A DNA stretch of 35,517 nucleotides, from positions 1 to 35,517 of the forward strand of contig DAMG01000019.1 of the NCBI GenBank assembly GCA_002497025.1, given 5' to 3'. Positions 9,989-20,018 of this stretch are shown piece after piece. The DNA is from Euryarchaeota archaeon UBA126. Lineage in GTDB: Archaea; Thermoplasmatota; Poseidoniia; Poseidoniales; Thalassarchaeaceae. The translations under genes and the position numbers were made by a program. A model generated the notes under the pieces. It did no database searches. It was not told the DNA's origin and worked only from the letters and a program-made list of their open reading frames with translations. Numbering within the stretch: the first letter of the stretch is position 1; every line of letters starts with the position of its first letter.

Positions 9989-11074
9989 ATGGCGGCATCG
10001 CTGGAATCGCTTATCACTGCCATACTGATACTACTAACTCCCGTTTTTCTTGCGATTCCATTGTCATTAGGTTGGAAATGGTGGGTAGGTACAGAACCGG
10101 AACACGTCCACTACAGGGAAAAGGTCAGATTAGTTTTAGACGCCGGGTTACCACTTAGCCGGTTTAGAAAGGAATTAGATGCTGAGGCCAGGGTTGTCGA
10201 CATAGATCCTGAAAGACAATCTAGAATAGAATCAGACTTATTATTTCCAATGCGCGTGAAACATTTTCTCTTAATGCCGGGTCTTGTAGTGTGGCCATTA
10301 CTTGGACTATTTGCAGCTCTGTTAACAATTCCTTTAATGCCGATTTTATGGTTCTTTGAGTGGCTTCTAATCGAAAAAAGGGTTTTACTATGGATTGGAA
10401 TCACGGTTCAAAAACTCACTAGATGGGAAATTATTGGTATACCTAGAGTGGAAGACGGCCTAAAAAATCCAGACCCCGTATTATCATCAATTAATAGGAT
10501 GCCAATTACAGTATTTTTGGGATTATTCGCATTTCTAATTGTAAGTTATCTTCGAATTGATACGCAATCAGTCTTGATTGTTTCTGGCGCAGTGTACATT
10601 ATTCTTGTAGCATTTATTTCAGTCATAAGGGCTGGTACATTGAGTACGATGGTATTTGCAGATACCGGGAATAGAAGGCTGCTACCTATGGGCACCTTCG
10701 TAGAAGATATGCTTGGGCCTTGGGTCGGAGTAGGCTTGATATTCTTGATTTCTAGGCAAATTTTCTATGGTACAGAATTACGTTCCGGCGAAATGTTCGG
10801 CGATCCAGTGATATTTTCACTAGCTATTTTGCTAGTTTTATACACCGCAACTATGATTGGTGTTGCAGTAGAAATCTCATTCTTTAGATCAAGGGCAGAG
10901 GCTGTTAGGTTAAAATTCCAAAATCAAATGATTGATGAATTCGAACCACAATTATACTTGTTTACTAGAAATCTAGGTATGCTGAAAATATCCAGATTAA
11001 TGACCCTTAGACAATGGGTCGAACAAGGTGAAAAGATCAACCTAAAAGACTTAGATAAACTCAAACGCTCGTGA
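9989..11074 (+). CDS. Hypothetical multi-pass membrane protein
   Basis: 361-aa ORF with about 7-8 hydrophobic segments; no family recognised. Confidence 0.75.
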   Translation: MAASLESLITAILILLTPVFLAIPLSLGWKWWVGTEPEHVHYREKVRLVLDAGLPLSRFRKELDAEARVVDIDPERQSRIESDLLFPMRVKHFLLMPGLVVWPLLGLFAALLTIPLMPILWFFEWLLIEKRVLLWIGITVQKLTRWEIIGIPRVEDGLKNPDPVLSSINRMPITVFLGLFAFLIVSYLRIDTQSVLIVSGAVYIILVAFISVIRAGTLSTMVFADTGNRRLLPMGTFVEDMLGPWVGVGLIFLISRQIFYGTELRSGEMFGDPVIFSLAILLVLYTATMIGVAVEISFFRSRAEAVRLKFQNQMIDEFEPQLYLFTRNLGMLKISRLMTLRQWVEQGEKINLKDLDKLKRS

Positions 11075-11966
11075 GAGTAATTTCTCCCTCAGGAGTATTA
11101 ACGCATATTTCAGAACTAAGTGATATTTCTCTTGGATGGATCAATAAGTTAATCCAAGAATCACCAAATTGTTGTGAACTAATGATTTCCAATTGCTCTT
11201 TGTTTGTTGATTTTGATTTTCCTAATCGCATTTGGATATTTGTCTTGAATGTAGATATTGACTTCTTGATTCCACCTCTACTTTCCATCCTAGCATGAAT
11301 CTCTTGGCCGGGGTAACATCCCTTTTTTAGGTCTACAAGTCGTTCTAATCCTAAATTAAAGGGGATATGTCCAGAAACATCTACTGAGTAATCAATCATG
11401 CCGGCAATTGATAGCATTGCTATGGCTGAATTAACCTCTCCAATCCTGGCACCATTTGTTTTCAACAAATCTGTTATTTCAGAATATTCTCGGCTCGGAA
11501 TCAGCATTTCGTAGATACTAAAATCATCCTCTATTTTAATTACTGAAATCATCGAATCGAAAAATTTAGTCCAATGACCGGTATGTAATTCGGCTTGGCT
11601 AATTCCTAGCCCGAGAAGGATCCTTTCGGGTTGTTTTCCGTAAATCAGTATTCGATGCACTGCTCCGTCACCGCTTGAAACTTCGATATTTTCATTCCAT
11701 GGAATTCCACTCGTGAGCGTTTTACGAAGAATATCCGACATTGAATCATTATGGAGCAATAAAATTTGTTCACCTAAATCCACATGCAATTGGTAGGTTG
11801 CAATCCGGCCATTTAGGTCGCAAATAAAAGATTCTTTTCGAGTTAAATTCGAATCATTGGAAACGTCTACAGTTAGCATTCTGTTGAGATGATTCCTGGC
11901 ATCTTTACCAGAAACTAGTGTTACGGCGGTTGGAATTTCTACAATATTAGCCAATGGTGGAATCAT
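11061..11966 (-). CDS. ygfZ: YgfZ/Iba57-family protein (GcvT fold, Fe-S maturation); probable start at 11966
   Basis: Signature KGCYPGQE, plus VSGKDA...L...LT.DV; GGTGG precedes the ATG at 11966. Confidence 0.85.
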   Translation of the reverse strand: MIPPLANIVEIPTAVTLVSGKDARNHLNRMLTVDVSNDSNLTRKESFICDLNGRIATYQLHVDLGEQILLLHNDSMSDILRKTLTSGIPWNENIEVSSGDGAVHRILIYGKQPERILLGLGISQAELHTGHWTKFFDSMISVIKIEDDFSIYEMLIPSREYSEITDLLKTNGARIGEVNSAIAMLSIAGMIDYSVDVSGHIPFNLGLERLVDLKKGCYPGQEIHARMESRGGIKKSISTFKTNIQMRLGKSKSTNKEQLEIISSQQFGDSWINLLIHPREISLSSEICVNTPEGEITLTSV

Positions 11967-11989
11967 AGCACAACCACCGATTAAACAAT

Positions 11990-12406
11990 TCAGCCAAATG
12001 ATTGCCCGCAGCCACATGCCCTGTCCGCGTTTGGATTTTCCATGTGAAACCCACCACCCATTAGTGAGTCCTTAAAATCGAGTTTTAACCCGTTAAGTAA
12101 TGTACTATCGTTATCATGAATCAGGATTGTGACTCCGTCAACATTGATTGTTTGAAAGCCCTCTTCTTCAGGTCTTTCTACGACCACCATATCATACAGA
12201 TATCCCGAGCACCCTCCTGCCTTTGCACTGATGATTAGTACGTGGGTATCAATCTGTTCACCAATTGCTGATTTTACTGCCAATCTAGCGGCTGGGGTGA
12301 CTTCTATGTTTACATCAACACACTCAGTGATAGTTGCAATAGGTAGCGAAAAGCCAGTTCCCTCAATTAGAGACACGAACTCAACCTCGGGAGACCCATA
12401 TATCAA
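11990..12406 (-). CDS. iscA: A-type Fe-S carrier (HesB/IscA family); start uncertain
   Basis: GGCSGYLY, LDF..SLMGGGF..ENPNA and CGCGQSF with the three conserved Cys. Confidence 0.92.
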   Translation of the reverse strand: MIYGSPEVEFVSLIEGTGFSLPIATITECVDVNIEVTPAARLAVKSAIGEQIDTHVLIISAKAGGCSGYLYDMVVVERPEEEGFQTINVDGVTILIHDNDSTLLNGLKLDFKDSLMGGGFHMENPNADRACGCGQSFG

Positions 12407-12467
12407 CCATTCCTGTGTTTAACTCCTCTTCCGTCAATCCAATAGAATAGGTCCTGTTAGGCAACAC

Positions 12468-13265
12468 GTGTCCGGGTCCAGGGAGTCTGATGTGATTCGA
12501 ATATCCAATCATGGTTCTGAACGTATAATGGACACTTTAGCAGTCGAAGCCCCCCTCTCGATGGAATTAACTCACAAAGGGGCAACTTATCCTTTGGGAA
12601 TTACTATGCGTACACCAGGAGATGATATAGATCTAACAGTAGGATTTCTATACTCCGAGGGGATAATTGAACAATACAAAGATATCGAAAATATATCTGA
12701 AGCAGAAGGTCTAATTTCAGTTGATTTAAGTGATGATTTACAATTCGATATAAATTCACATCGTCGGCAAACACTTACTTCTTCGGCATGTGGTGTTTGT
12801 GGTAAAGTATCATTAACAAATTTACATCAAATACACACAAAAACCCTCAGCGAGTCTTTCAAAGTCAATTCAGACCAAATATCTGATAATTTGAAATCAC
12901 TCAACTCTATCCAACCATTATTCGAGTTGACTGGTGGCACCCATGCCGCTGTTGCATTTGATAATAATGGAAATGTCATTGCATCTAGGGAAGACGTTGG
13001 TAGACACAATGCGCTTGACAAACTAATTGGGCATATGTTACGCAATGGCGCCCTGAACACTGAAGATTCAGTTCTACATGTTTCTGGTCGTTCCTCATTT
13101 GAATTGGTTCAGAAAACGATACGAGCAGGTTTTCCAATTATGGCGTCTGTTGGGGCAGCTAGTTCCCTAGCAGTAGACCTAGCTAGAGAATACAATTTGA
13201 CACTAGTATGCTTCCTCAAACGAGAATCTATGGTTGTGCACTCTGCACCTAATCGAATCATATAG
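12468..13265 (+). CDS. fdhD: Formate dehydrogenase accessory sulfurtransferase
   Basis: TMRTPG, GFLYSEG, SSACGVCG, TGGTHAA, REDVGRHNALDKLIG and SGRSSFELVQK. Confidence 0.95.
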   Translation: MSGSRESDVIRISNHGSERIMDTLAVEAPLSMELTHKGATYPLGITMRTPGDDIDLTVGFLYSEGIIEQYKDIENISEAEGLISVDLSDDLQFDINSHRRQTLTSSACGVCGKVSLTNLHQIHTKTLSESFKVNSDQISDNLKSLNSIQPLFELTGGTHAAVAFDNNGNVIASREDVGRHNALDKLIGHMLRNGALNTEDSVLHVSGRSSFELVQKTIRAGFPIMASVGAASSLAVDLAREYNLTLVCFLKRESMVVHSAPNRII

Positions 13266-13330
13266 TGGATACGAACAATATTCATTGAATATATCAACAA
13301 AATGAATAAGAGTCAGTAGGTGGGTTAGTC

Positions 13331-15616
13331 GTGAGCAGGGAGACTAATGAGACTCCTCCGATTGAGGACACTCCTCCAATTACTGGAAAACCTTCTTCTT
13401 CTGCAGCAGGCGCTACTGCAATTCTATCCACAATTAAACACGGCATTACAAGGTCTGGTGTAACTGGGTCAATTAGCTCACTTTCGAAAGTTAACAAATT
13501 TGGTGGATTCGATTGCCCTGGTTGTGCATGGCCGGATCCAGATGATCACCGAACAATAGCTGAGTTTTGTGAGAACGGTGCTAAAGCGGTTGCTGATGAA
13601 GCAACAAGTAAGAAAATCACAGCTAATTTCTTCGAAAAATATTCAGTGGTGGAATTATCTCTAAAGTCCGATGAATGGCTAAATTCTCAAGGCCGATTGA
13701 CTTCTCCCATGCTATTAGATGAAGGTATGGATAATTACACTCCCATTTCTTGGAAAGAATCGTTTGAATTGATTGCAGATGAGTTATGTTCTCTAGAAAA
13801 CCCCAATCAATCTATTTTCTATACATCTGGCCGCACTAGCAATGAGGCAGCATTTCTTTGGCAATTGTTGGCTCGTGGATTCGGAACGAACAATCTGCCA
13901 GATTGTTCCAATATGTGTCACGAATCTTCTGGATTTGCCCTATCTGATTCTATTGGTATAGGTAAAGGAACAGTAAAGTTAGAAGATTTCAATTCAGCTT
14001 CGCTAATTTTAGTCGTCGGTCAAAACCCAGGGACTAATCACCCTAGAATGCTCACTGCGTTAAGAGATGCCAAGAAGCACGGTGCTTCCATAATATCCAT
14101 CAATCCACTTATTGAAACCGGTATGAAGAAATTCAAACATCCTCAGAATCCACTCGAAATGCTAGGTTCTGGAAAATCGATTTCAGACAGGCATGTTCGA
14201 ATCAATATTAATGGAGATATGGCATTTTTCCGAGGACTGAATCATTGTATTGTAAAGAATCACAATTATGATCTAAATTTCATTGGAGAACATACATCTG
14301 GATTTGAAGACTACAAAGCATCCATCGAAAGTGTTGACTGGGATCAGATCGAATCTATTAGTGGTATAAGCCGTCAAGAGATAGAATCTATTGCGGAAAT
14401 CGTATCAGAATCTAAATCAATCATTACCTGTTGGGCCATGGGAATCACACAACACCATAATTCAGTTGAAACAATACAAGAGATGGTCAATACACACTTA
14501 CTAGGTGGCCACATTGGTAGGAAAGGCGCGGGATTATGTCCCGTCAGAGGCCATTCCAATGTACAGGGAGATAGAACTGTTGGAATCAACCATATTGCGA
14601 ATCCTTCCCTTATTCAAAATATACAAAATAGTACTGGTATACAAACGCCCAATAGGCATGGTTTTGACGCTGTAAATGCAGCTCGGGCGATGTTAGAGGG
14701 AAATGCCAAGGTATACCTAGCAATGGGGGGGAATTTTCTTTCAGCCATGTCTGATACCAAATTAATCGCTAAAGCTATGAATAGATGTCAATTAACTGCT
14801 TTTATTTCTACTAAATTAAATCGTAATCATTTGGTAACAGGCCAAAAGTCGCTCATTCTTCCATGTCTTGGGAGGACTGAAGTCGACGAACAAACTACTG
14901 GTAACCAATTCGTTAGTGTAGAGAATTCAATGGGCATTGTGCATAGTTCTCAAGGCCATATGAAGCCAGCTTCAGATGAATTATTGTCCGAAGCCGCAAT
15001 TGTTGCTGGAATCGCAACGGCAGTTGAGTATAGGCGCCCTATGAGTGATTTAGACTGGAATAATTTAGTTGAAGATTATGACCGAATTAGAGATATAATC
15101 GAGCAAACAATACCAGGGTTCAATGATTACAATTCTCGAGTTAGGGCAAAAGCGGGCTTCTACCTCCCCAATCCACCCAGGGATGATCTAACTTTCAATA
15201 CACAAACAGGGAAGGCTAATTTCAGATTTCACAATATATCGAGCCTGTCTCCGGAAGAAAATGAATATGTGATGATGACCATAAGGTCTCATGACCAATA
15301 CAATACAACTGTCTATTCAGGGGAAGATCGATACCGTGGGATTAAATCAGGCAGAAGAATTGTGATGATGAATCCAATTGATGTTAAACAAAGTAATCTT
15401 CGGGCTGGGGATTTAGTAAATCTAACCTCGGTTTTCCAAGATGAACTTCGGAACTCTCCAAATTGGTATTTGGTAGAATATGATATTCCTAGAGGGAATG
15501 TTGCGACATATTTCCCAGAGGCAAACGAATTAATCCCATTAAATTCAACCGCATCTGGCAGTAATACTCCAACAAGTAAATCCGTTATAGTAAGAGTTCG
15601 CAAATCTCAGGATTGA
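13331..15616 (+). CDS. FdhF/YdeP-family molybdopterin oxidoreductase (formate dehydrogenase-like)
   Basis: GFDCPGCAWPD, EFCENGAKA, FYTSGRTSNEAAF, NNLPDCSNMCHE, PVRGHSNVQG and TIRSHDQYNTT. Confidence 0.93.
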   Translation: MSRETNETPPIEDTPPITGKPSSSAAGATAILSTIKHGITRSGVTGSISSLSKVNKFGGFDCPGCAWPDPDDHRTIAEFCENGAKAVADEATSKKITANFFEKYSVVELSLKSDEWLNSQGRLTSPMLLDEGMDNYTPISWKESFELIADELCSLENPNQSIFYTSGRTSNEAAFLWQLLARGFGTNNLPDCSNMCHESSGFALSDSIGIGKGTVKLEDFNSASLILVVGQNPGTNHPRMLTALRDAKKHGASIISINPLIETGMKKFKHPQNPLEMLGSGKSISDRHVRININGDMAFFRGLNHCIVKNHNYDLNFIGEHTSGFEDYKASIESVDWDQIESISGISRQEIESIAEIVSESKSIITCWAMGITQHHNSVETIQEMVNTHLLGGHIGRKGAGLCPVRGHSNVQGDRTVGINHIANPSLIQNIQNSTGIQTPNRHGFDAVNAARAMLEGNAKVYLAMGGNFLSAMSDTKLIAKAMNRCQLTAFISTKLNRNHLVTGQKSLILPCLGRTEVDEQTTGNQFVSVENSMGIVHSSQGHMKPASDELLSEAAIVAGIATAVEYRRPMSDLDWNNLVEDYDRIRDIIEQTIPGFNDYNSRVRAKAGFYLPNPPRDDLTFNTQTGKANFRFHNISSLSPEENEYVMMTIRSHDQYNTTVYSGEDRYRGIKSGRRIVMMNPIDVKQSNLRAGDLVNLTSVFQDELRNSPNWYLVEYDIPRGNVATYFPEANELIPLNSTASGSNTPTSKSVIVRVRKSQD

Positions 15617-17097
15617 AGTTTCGCGGATTTATTCTGTTCTTTCAGTAGTAACGAGCATCGATTCATTTGGGTTTTACACAAACGCATTTCTTCCTCGTCT
15701 AATTCTCTATTCAATGCCTGCTCAAAACATTTTATGGCATCAGCGAAATGTTCCATGGCGGCATATGATGACCCCATATTGTAGAGTGTTCTACCAGTCA
15801 CCATACTGGGGTCCATGGAGATAGCTTGGTGGTACGATTGTATGCTTTCGGCAAATTCTCCCAATTGATGGAGGGCATGGCCTCGCCCATTATGGCACCT
15901 TACACGTAGCTCTCTTTCTTCCCTAGGAGCTGATGAAATTGCTTTATCGAAACAATTCAATGCCTGATCACCTTTGTCCTCACCCAGCAAGGTTAGCCCC
16001 TTGTTGTACCATTCTATAGCTACATTCACACTACTTTCGTCAATCGTTGTATTCTGTGCGGAAGATATCTTCGCTTCTTCTGCCGCAGTAATAAGGTCGA
16101 CACTTATTTCTTCATCTGAAGATGATGTAGATTTTTTGAATTCCTCAGCCTTTTGCTTACATTGCGTCGCCTTCTCTGCATGACCTGCCGATTCTAAAGC
16201 ATCAGCCAAACCTATCCATGAATCATATGTGGACCCATGTTCTTCGATAACTTTCTTCCATGTCTGAATTGCCAATGCATGATTGCCAGATTGGGTAGCA
16301 TCCTTTGCTTTTCTTTCTAGAACGACCAATGTGTCTTCAAGTGAGATTTCTAATTCTTCCTCTTCTTCATCTGGTACAAATTCCGCGTATTGAACTTCTT
16401 CGGTTGCGACAGGTGTGAATTCTACAATTTCTTCTTCAGGCTCTTGCATATCATCTTCTATCTTTGTCAACAATTCCACGGCTATGTTTAGGCCAGAGTC
16501 TAATTGTAAACAATAATTCAATGATTGAATTGCGTCCTCACTGAGATTTAATGCGTGGAGACAAAATCCGCAATAGTACCACATCATTGGTTCCGCAGAA
16601 TAGTCTCCTTCTAACGCCGGTGAAATCTTTTCCATAGCAGATTGGAATTGCGAATTCTCAACTAACAAGGCGATTTCTTCGATTAGATTAATCGATTCAG
16701 AATGAATTGCCTCTGCAATAATTACTGGCGCTTCTTCTTCGGTTACGTTTGTGGAAACACCCTCGGGCGATACCAAAGCTTGTAATTGCTCATTATCCAA
16801 TCCTAGATCTACAGCAGCCGCGGCGTATTTGGCAGCTAAGGACGAATCACGTTGTGAAAACAAGAATGCTAAATTAGCAGCAGTGGGGGCGTGAAAACGG
16901 TTGATTAGAAACGCTCTTTCAAACGCTACTATCGCTGCATCAATATCGCCAAGAGCGTGGTTTACTACTCCTAATCCATACCAAGCGGCGGAATTATCCG
17001 ATTCGGAATCTATGAGATTCTCATATTCTGATTTCGCCGAAGCATACTCGCCACTAGTGACGAACTGTTGAGCCCGGTCAAAAATCTCTGTAGACAC
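15607..17097 (-). CDS. Tetratricopeptide-repeat protein with acidic linkers
   Basis: Several TPR units (AWYGLG, WYYCG, WIGLA, WYNKG, HNGRG, LYNMG) in clusters separated by Glu/Asp/Ser-rich stretches. Confidence 0.85.
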   Translation of the reverse strand: MSTEIFDRAQQFVTSGEYASAKSEYENLIDSESDNSAAWYGLGVVNHALGDIDAAIVAFERAFLINRFHAPTAANLAFLFSQRDSSLAAKYAAAAVDLGLDNEQLQALVSPEGVSTNVTEEEAPVIIAEAIHSESINLIEEIALLVENSQFQSAMEKISPALEGDYSAEPMMWYYCGFCLHALNLSEDAIQSLNYCLQLDSGLNIAVELLTKIEDDMQEPEEEIVEFTPVATEEVQYAEFVPDEEEEELEISLEDTLVVLERKAKDATQSGNHALAIQTWKKVIEEHGSTYDSWIGLADALESAGHAEKATQCKQKAEEFKKSTSSSDEEISVDLITAAEEAKISSAQNTTIDESSVNVAIEWYNKGLTLLGEDKGDQALNCFDKAISSAPREERELRVRCHNGRGHALHQLGEFAESIQSYHQAISMDPSMVTGRTLYNMGSSYAAMEHFADAIKCFEQALNRELDEEEMRLCKTQMNRCSLLLKEQNKSAKLQS

Positions 17098-17159
17098 AGA
17101 CTTATCGCGATATGAACAAGGGATAAGATTTCTGAATCAATGAGTGCTAATGCATCGTC

Positions 17160-17957
17160 CTATTCACTAGGCGCTGGATCATCCAGACGATTCTCTTCGT
17201 CAAGTCGTGCTTTTGCTATTCCTGCGAAATATACCATCATGGGTACGGCGATTAATAGGAAAAAGCAACCAACTAATGTAGCTATTCCGTATAATGTCTC
17301 TTGGACAGGATCGATTTTAAATTCCGAAACAGAAACCAATTCATGTTCTGTTAGGGAAAAACTCACTAGAACCCCTTCTGGTGATACTAACTCGCCGTCG
17401 ACATATATTCCAACTATCCAAGTAGTAGTTACTCTCTCTTGGGAAATCAACTCTAATATCTCTAATTCAGCCTGAGATTGATTAACAGCTCTTTCATAAC
17501 CTACTCCTTCAATGGGCAAATATAGTGAAGATCTGCCTCTCATTACAACTTCTTGCGAATCAATCATCATGTTATGTTCGTAGGCCTCATCACAAGAGTC
17601 GGAAATTTCATCGAATTCCTTACAATTGAATATCGAGTCGCCATCTTCGCCCAAAAGAGGCGAATGATACCATTTGGAACTCGTCGAAGTAACAATCAAT
17701 TCAGCGTTATTGGGTGCATTTGTTACGGTGATATTAACCCAAGTAGGAGATGAAGTTGTTGCGGTGTACCAAGAGGACTCATTTTCATTCTCTAATTGAA
17801 GTTGATAATCCACGCTCTCATTAGTAGTCTCATATCTGTAATACTCACTATCTATTGTAGCAGTATATACTGCATAGGATAATACCAAAATCAACACCAA
17901 ACCTAAACCCACCATAGTCCGAAGCATGTTCGGGTTCCTTGATAGTGACTTCCTCAT
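17160..17957 (-). CDS. Hypothetical membrane-anchored protein with N- and C-terminal TM helices; probable start at 17957
   Basis: Basic N-terminus and TM helix, acidic extracellular domain with two Cys, C-terminal TM helix. Confidence 0.75.
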   Translation of the reverse strand: MRKSLSRNPNMLRTMVGLGLVLILVLSYAVYTATIDSEYYRYETTNESVDYQLQLENENESSWYTATTSSPTWVNITVTNAPNNAELIVTSTSSKWYHSPLLGEDGDSIFNCKEFDEISDSCDEAYEHNMMIDSQEVVMRGRSSLYLPIEGVGYERAVNQSQAELEILELISQERVTTTWIVGIYVDGELVSPEGVLVSFSLTEHELVSVSEFKIDPVQETLYGIATLVGCFFLLIAVPMMVYFAGIAKARLDEENRLDDPAPSE

Positions 17958-18052
17958 TGCTACGGCGAACCACAAGGGTGGTTTGAACCATTGTGTGGAG
18001 TGCGCAAGAATGCAGTACCAAGCCGCTATAGGTTTCAGTCATGTCATCACCG

Positions 18053-18092
18053 TTATATACAGCCTCAAGGTCGGCCGGGCGCTACAAGGTGA
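18053..18092 (+). promoter_or_regulatory. Putative TATA box and SD site of the ribosomal-protein operon
   Basis: TTATATA at 18053-18059; AAGGTGA at 18086-18092 before the ATG at 18097. Confidence 0.6.
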
Positions 18093-18096
18093 GTGT

Positions 18097-18567
18097 ATGA
18101 CGACGTTCCACGATGTGCCAGCCGACCTTCTAATTGCGGACCTCGCTCAGAGATTGGCTGACAATGACTCAATCAATGCTCCTGAGTGGGCTGATTTTGT
18201 AAAGACTGGAACCCACAGAGAGAAGCCACCTGAACAATCAGATTGGTGGTATGTTCGATGCGCAGCAGTACTACGTAAGGTAGCTATGAAAGGACCGATT
18301 GGTACTAATCACATGTCACAGCAATTCGGAGGCCCAAAAAACCGAGGAGTAAAACCCAACCGAGCCGTCTCCGGTTCGAGAAAGGTTGCTCGAACTGCTT
18401 TACAGCAATTAGCAGCTGCCGGATTTATCACAGATTCTTTCAATACTGCCGGGACTGTAACACTTGGAAAGATAATTTCTCCAACCGGGCAATCACTTTT
18501 GGATGAAAGTGCACACAGTGTCCGTCCTTTAGCAGAGGAAAGGCACCCGGAACTTGCAAGATATTGA
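18097..18567 (+). CDS. rps19e: 30S ribosomal protein S19e
   Basis: MTT.HDVPA, PEWADFVKTG..REKPP, DWWYVR.A and RTALQQL. The true start is at 18097, inside the longer ORF. Confidence 0.97.
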   Translation: MTTFHDVPADLLIADLAQRLADNDSINAPEWADFVKTGTHREKPPEQSDWWYVRCAAVLRKVAMKGPIGTNHMSQQFGGPKNRGVKPNRAVSGSRKVARTALQQLAAAGFITDSFNTAGTVTLGKIISPTGQSLLDESAHSVRPLAEERHPELARY

Positions 18568-18579
18568 TGAGGTGAAATG

Positions 18580-18735
18580 ATGGCGCGGCACAAACCATTC
18601 GGTAAGAAGCAGCGACTAAACAAGGTCACTAAGCAAAATCGGAGAGTTCCCGTTTGGGTTATGCTTCGAACTGCCAGGAATACAACATCCCATCCTAAGC
18701 GCCACCACTGGCGTAGATCGAAACTTCAGAGGTGA
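18580..18735 (+). CDS. rpl39e: 50S ribosomal protein L39e (not in the ORF track)
   Basis: Manual translation [51 protein letters not shown]; GAGGTGA SD upstream. Confidence 0.97.
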   Translation: MARHKPFGKKQRLNKVTKQNRRVPVWVMLRTARNTTSHPKRHHWRRSKLQR

Positions 18736-18740
18736 TTTGG

Positions 18741-19004
18741 TTGGCTGAGGTAAAGGAAATGGTAATCCCGCTTCGTGCTGCTTGGAATGTTCCTAGAACA
18801 AAGCGTGCCAACCGAGCCATGGCTGAGATTCGCAACCACGTTTCTCAACACATGAAGATCCAAGAAGATGAAGAAATATGGATAGACCAAGCGGTTAACG
18901 AAGTCATCTGGTCTCGTGGAATGCAAAAGCCTCCACGTAAGATTAGAATCGTTTGCACTAGGGAAGAAGGCTTCCCCCTTGAAGTAAAATTGGCGGAGGA
19001 CTGA
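18741..19004 (+). CDS. rpl31e: 50S ribosomal protein L31e; probable TTG start at 18741
   Basis: [24 protein letters not shown] and KPPRKIRI; SD GAGGTGA overlaps the rpl39e stop. Confidence 0.95.
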   Translation: MAEVKEMVIPLRAAWNVPRTKRANRAMAEIRNHVSQHMKIQEDEEIWIDQAVNEVIWSRGMQKPPRKIRIVCTREEGFPLEVKLAED

Positions 19005-19009
19005 GATTT

Positions 19010-19204
19010 ATGGGTAATATTCGACCTTCATTCATCAAGACCAGAGCCTTACATTTATTGGAGATTTATCCTGATAAATTTACAGATGACTTCGAAACCA
19101 ACAAACATCTAGTCGTTGAGTTCACCGATGTTGGTAATAACAAGCGCATGAGAAATTGGATAGCGGGCTATATCACTCGTTATATCCAGCGCCGTACCGA
19201 TTGA
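19010..19204 (+). CDS. rps17e: 30S ribosomal protein S17e
   Basis: MGNIRP.FIK, F..DFETNK and KRMRN.IAGYITR. Confidence 0.96.
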   Translation: MGNIRPSFIKTRALHLLEIYPDKFTDDFETNKHLVVEFTDVGNNKRMRNWIAGYITRYIQRRTD

Positions 19205-19209
19205 TTGGT

Positions 19210-19968
19210 ATGGGCGACTATGCTGAGGTTTCATTTCCCGCATTCGCTACTAATGTCTGCATAGTCTTAGTTGCTCCCGAACACGATGGTAACATTGGAG
19301 CAGTCGCTAGAAGCATGATGAACTTTGGAATCACTGATCTCCGTATTGTTGGCCGAACAACAGAATGGTCTGAGGAGACCAGAAAGAGAGCGAAGAATGC
19401 TCAGTATGTCCTAGAAAACGCTCGAGGCTTTGAGACTCTTCAAGATGCTACATTTGACTGCTCATTGGTAGTGGGGACGTCTGGAAAGAGAGAGCACGGC
19501 GATAGGACAGCAATGAGGCATTTCCTATTACCTGATGAACTACCAGACCGCTTATCAGGGGTTAATGGCAAGTCTGCCTTAGTATTCGGTCCAGAAGGTA
19601 AAGGATTAGTAAACGACCAACTTAGATTATGCGATTTGTTGGTAACAATTCCAACGTGGGAGGGTTATCCAATACTGAATCTAAGTCATGCTGTTACTGT
19701 GCTCTGTTTCTCTTGGTTCACTGGAGTATCTGATAATTCAGTACCTGGAACTGATGGTAGAATCTTAGACCCGGAATTAAGACGAATGTTGAGAGAAGAA
19801 GTTACTAGGTTGGTGCAATTAATTCCAACTAAGGACCACAAAAGACAGGGTATGGATGAAACTCTAGTTCGTGTAATTATGAGAGGTTTGCCAAAAGATG
19901 ATGAAATTCATCGTGTCTTGGGTATACTTTCTGCATCTGCAGATTCCTTTGAGCAAAATAATCCTTAG
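19210..19968 (+). CDS. trmJ: SPOUT RNA methyltransferase, TrmJ/LasT family (tRNA position-32 2'-O-methyltransferase); probable start at 19210
   Basis: VLVAP...GNIGAVARSMMNFG, ALVFGPE..GL and IPT...YPILNLSHAV, followed by a helical C-terminal domain. Confidence 0.88.
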   Translation: MGDYAEVSFPAFATNVCIVLVAPEHDGNIGAVARSMMNFGITDLRIVGRTTEWSEETRKRAKNAQYVLENARGFETLQDATFDCSLVVGTSGKREHGDRTAMRHFLLPDELPDRLSGVNGKSALVFGPEGKGLVNDQLRLCDLLVTIPTWEGYPILNLSHAVTVLCFSWFTGVSDNSVPGTDGRILDPELRRMLREEVTRLVQLIPTKDHKRQGMDETLVRVIMRGLPKDDEIHRVLGILSASADSFEQNNP

Positions 19969-20018
19969 GTTAAAGCAGAGAATGGAGTTCTCAAATTAGA
20001 AATATTAATTCATTGTAG

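Noticed and set aside
7089-15616. Convergent gene-end overlaps (7089-7092, 11061-11074, 15607-15616)
   Set aside because: Short tail-to-tail overlaps are ordinary in compact genomes.
13331-15616. Selenocysteine recoding in the Fdh-like gene (also considered for MsrB)
   Set aside because: Both frames are open with Cys at the catalytic positions and no in-frame TGA.
17926-18096. N-terminal extension of S19e in the ORF track
   Set aside because: It overlaps the divergent gene and promoter; homology and the SD place the start at 18097.
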